Shown in pieces: positions 61,970 through 64,000 of a stretch of 64,000 nt of DNA. Both the position numbers and the translations under genes were made by a program. Positions within the stretch are counted from its first letter, which is position 1. Each line of letters begins with the position of its first letter. Below the pieces are notes generated by a model. It was not told the DNA's origin. It saw only the letters and a program-made list of their open reading frames with translations, and did not search any database. Source of the DNA: Macrostomum hystrix (taxonomy: Eukaryota > Animalia > Platyhelminthes). The stretch spans positions 12,958,001-13,022,000 of the forward strand of contig CATNEN010000001.1 in the NCBI GenBank assembly GCA_950097015.1, read 5' to 3'.

Positions 61970-62432
61970 AAAATGAATTGGACATATATCATGCTCTATG
62001 CTTTATGTTATATTCTACTTGCCTCAAAAACCACTGGGCAAGTGCCTTAAAGGTGGAAACTATGCCCAAATTTTAAATGTAGCAGAGAAAATCAATTTTA
62101 AGTTTTTTAAAATATTGCCTAGCTAAATGAATTGACATATTTCATGCTCTATGCTCTATGTTATATTCTACTTGCCTTAAAAACCAATGGGCAAGTGCCT
62201 TGAAAGTGGAAAGTATGCCCAAATTTTAAATGTAGCAGAGAAAATCAATTTTAAGTTTTTTAATATTGCCTAGCTAAATGAATTGACATATTTCATGCTC
62301 TATGCTCTATGTCATATTCTACCTGCCTCAAAAACCAATGGGCAAGTGCCTTAATAGTGAAAAGTATGCCCAAATTTTAAATGTAGCAGAGAAAATCAAT
62401 TTTATGTTTTTTTAATATTGCCTAGCTAAAAT
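61970..62432. repeat. Tandem repeat of about 152 bp, 3 copies
   Basis: AATGAATTGACATAT...TATTGCCTAGCTA at about 61972, 62126 and 62277. Confidence 0.92.
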
Positions 62433-62969
62433 AATATTGTGATTTTCAAAGGTATATTCATTGTTAAAGCTGAAGATTTGGAAAATGGAACTTTGACTTT
62501 TGGCAATTAAAAGTTAAAGTACATAGTTTACATTGTGTTGTGTAGTGTGTTGTAGTAAGTTTGGAATAGTCTAATTAAGAGGTCCAAAATCCTTTGGAGG
62601 CAGTTTTCAAATCCTGCAGTTCACATTATTTTGTCATCTCCTTTCTGATGCCAATCTGGTCACAGATAACATTGGCCATATGGGGATTTTAATTGTTCAT
62701 GGCCCATAGCTCTAAAATGCAAGGGTGGTAGCAAAAAATAGATCTAAAATTTGCCTTTCAAATATATTGGCTCGGGAACTGCCTGTACTCCACAAATGCA
62801 CATTAGTGATAATGACCAGTGAAACGTCAATCCCTATTCCAGCCATTTCCGTATGAGTCAATCAAAATTGATTGATATGCTTGATAAATTATTTGTATAC
62901 TTAAAATATTGTTTGTATTTATATGCAAAAGTTTCAGCAATTTACCAATTCAACTAACTTTCAGCGAAA

Positions 62970-64000
62970 ATGGCTCAAATCCTAGACATACTAAGGGTAG
63001 GTCCATTACCCTTGGATAGGATAATGGATAAGCCAATTGTGCCAATGGTTACATGTCCTGCACCAGGATCGGCGTGTTTTGTTACAGCCAAGGCCAAGGA
63101 TTGTGTACGAAGTCTCTGTCCCTGCTTGAGAATTGTTAATGCTGCCGGATCGACAGGCAAAAGTATGGCGTATACGTCAGGGGACGCTGTAAGTCTGAAG
63201 TTGTAATCCTTAGACTTTTGTAAGCCTAAGGACTTTTCTTAGTCTTAAAAAGTGGAACTTGTACTTTTAGCAAATAAAGTGGAACTTGGACTTTTGGCAA
63301 ATGAAGTGGAACTTGGACTTTTGGCAAATAAAGTGGAACTTGTACTTGAACTTGAACTTGGTTAAGTTAAAGCCTTAACTTTGACTTGCCTTTCTCCTTC
63401 AGATACTGCAGTACTTTCCGGATCAAGCATACTGCCTGTATCGGCACGGAGTGGGTAGTTGTAAACAATTGCTCAGAGCCTTGGGCAGGCCTGCCGCCCC
63501 AGCCGCCCCTGCCGCCCCTGCCGCTCCTGCCGTGCAAGCCAATGCCCCAACGCCTGCTGCAATGGCGTCTGGGGCACTGAATCAAGCACTTAATGTGTTT
63601 ACTCTTGCAGCCGGAGAACACTTCGGCGGACTCCTTCCGCCATTATCACAGCCGGTAGCAGAAATGCTACGGGCTGTGATAATGTGTCTCGAAAGGCGGG
63701 ACTCTAAACGGCTCCTTTGTCTGGCAAAGGCCACTGCCGAGGTAACGGCGCTGGCAATTGGTGCAGCTGCTGCATCAGTTGACCTCGCGGAGGCCCCTCC
63801 TCATCCCGCCAACGCCGATCCCGCCGACGCCGATCCCGCCGACGCCGATCCGGCCGATCCCGCCGACGCCGATCCGGTCGATCCCGCCGTTCCCGCCGCC
63901 ATACCACCGGACCAGTTTGGCGGGGCCGGTCCCGGCCCGTCGGCGGTAGCGGAGGACGAGGAGGAAGAAGAAGAAGAAGAGCAGCAGCCGAGGGCCAAGA
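62970..64000 (+). CDS. Unidentified spliced gene, 3'-truncated by the window
   Basis: Exon 62970-63188 (73 codons) with GTAAGT donor; intron with about 28-bp repeats; TTCTCCTTCAG acceptor; phase-0 exon from 63403 open to the window end (ILQYFPDQAYCLYRHG...PAAP repeats...ADPAD repeats, poly-E). Confidence 0.55.

Noticed and set aside
63367-63998. Minus-strand Arg-rich and Ser/Gly-rich ORFs
   Set aside because: Antisense shadows of the longer plus-strand frame.

Overview
Eukaryotic (animal-like, GT-AG introns) DNA made almost entirely of nested transposable elements and tandem repeats. No conserved host gene was recognised and the species cannot be determined. The main feature is a minus-strand Helitron of about 20.5 kb (29223-49695) with canonical ends: 5'-TC, and a 3' hairpin followed by CTAG. 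By manual splicing it encodes a 9-exon, phase-consistent RepHel of about 1731 aa with STPR-like repeats, an OTU protease, HUH Rep and a Pif1 helicase. It also carries a 3-exon RPA70-like OB-fold gene and a small divergently oriented zinc-knuckle/polyQ ORF. RepHel and RPA share a duplicated 3'-UTR intron/satellite module, and an intact hAT transposon is nested inside the element. The Helitron sits in a head-to-tail run of Helitron ends (junctions at 29222/3, 49695/6 and 55552/3), which appears to split an older plus-strand RepHel into 27.2-28.8 kb and 56.4-59.2 kb pieces. The left third contains two degenerate NOF/MULE-like transposases, an intact piggyBac ORF, a dead mariner and a long-TIR IS630/Tc1 deletion derivative. 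It also has a possible Foldback-like composite (about 9.1-22.3 kb) holding a Polinton/adintovirus-type PolB fragment, a young internally deleted Gypsy and a Copia remnant. An unidentified spliced gene runs off the right end. All family calls come from motif recognition by eye; no searches were run.
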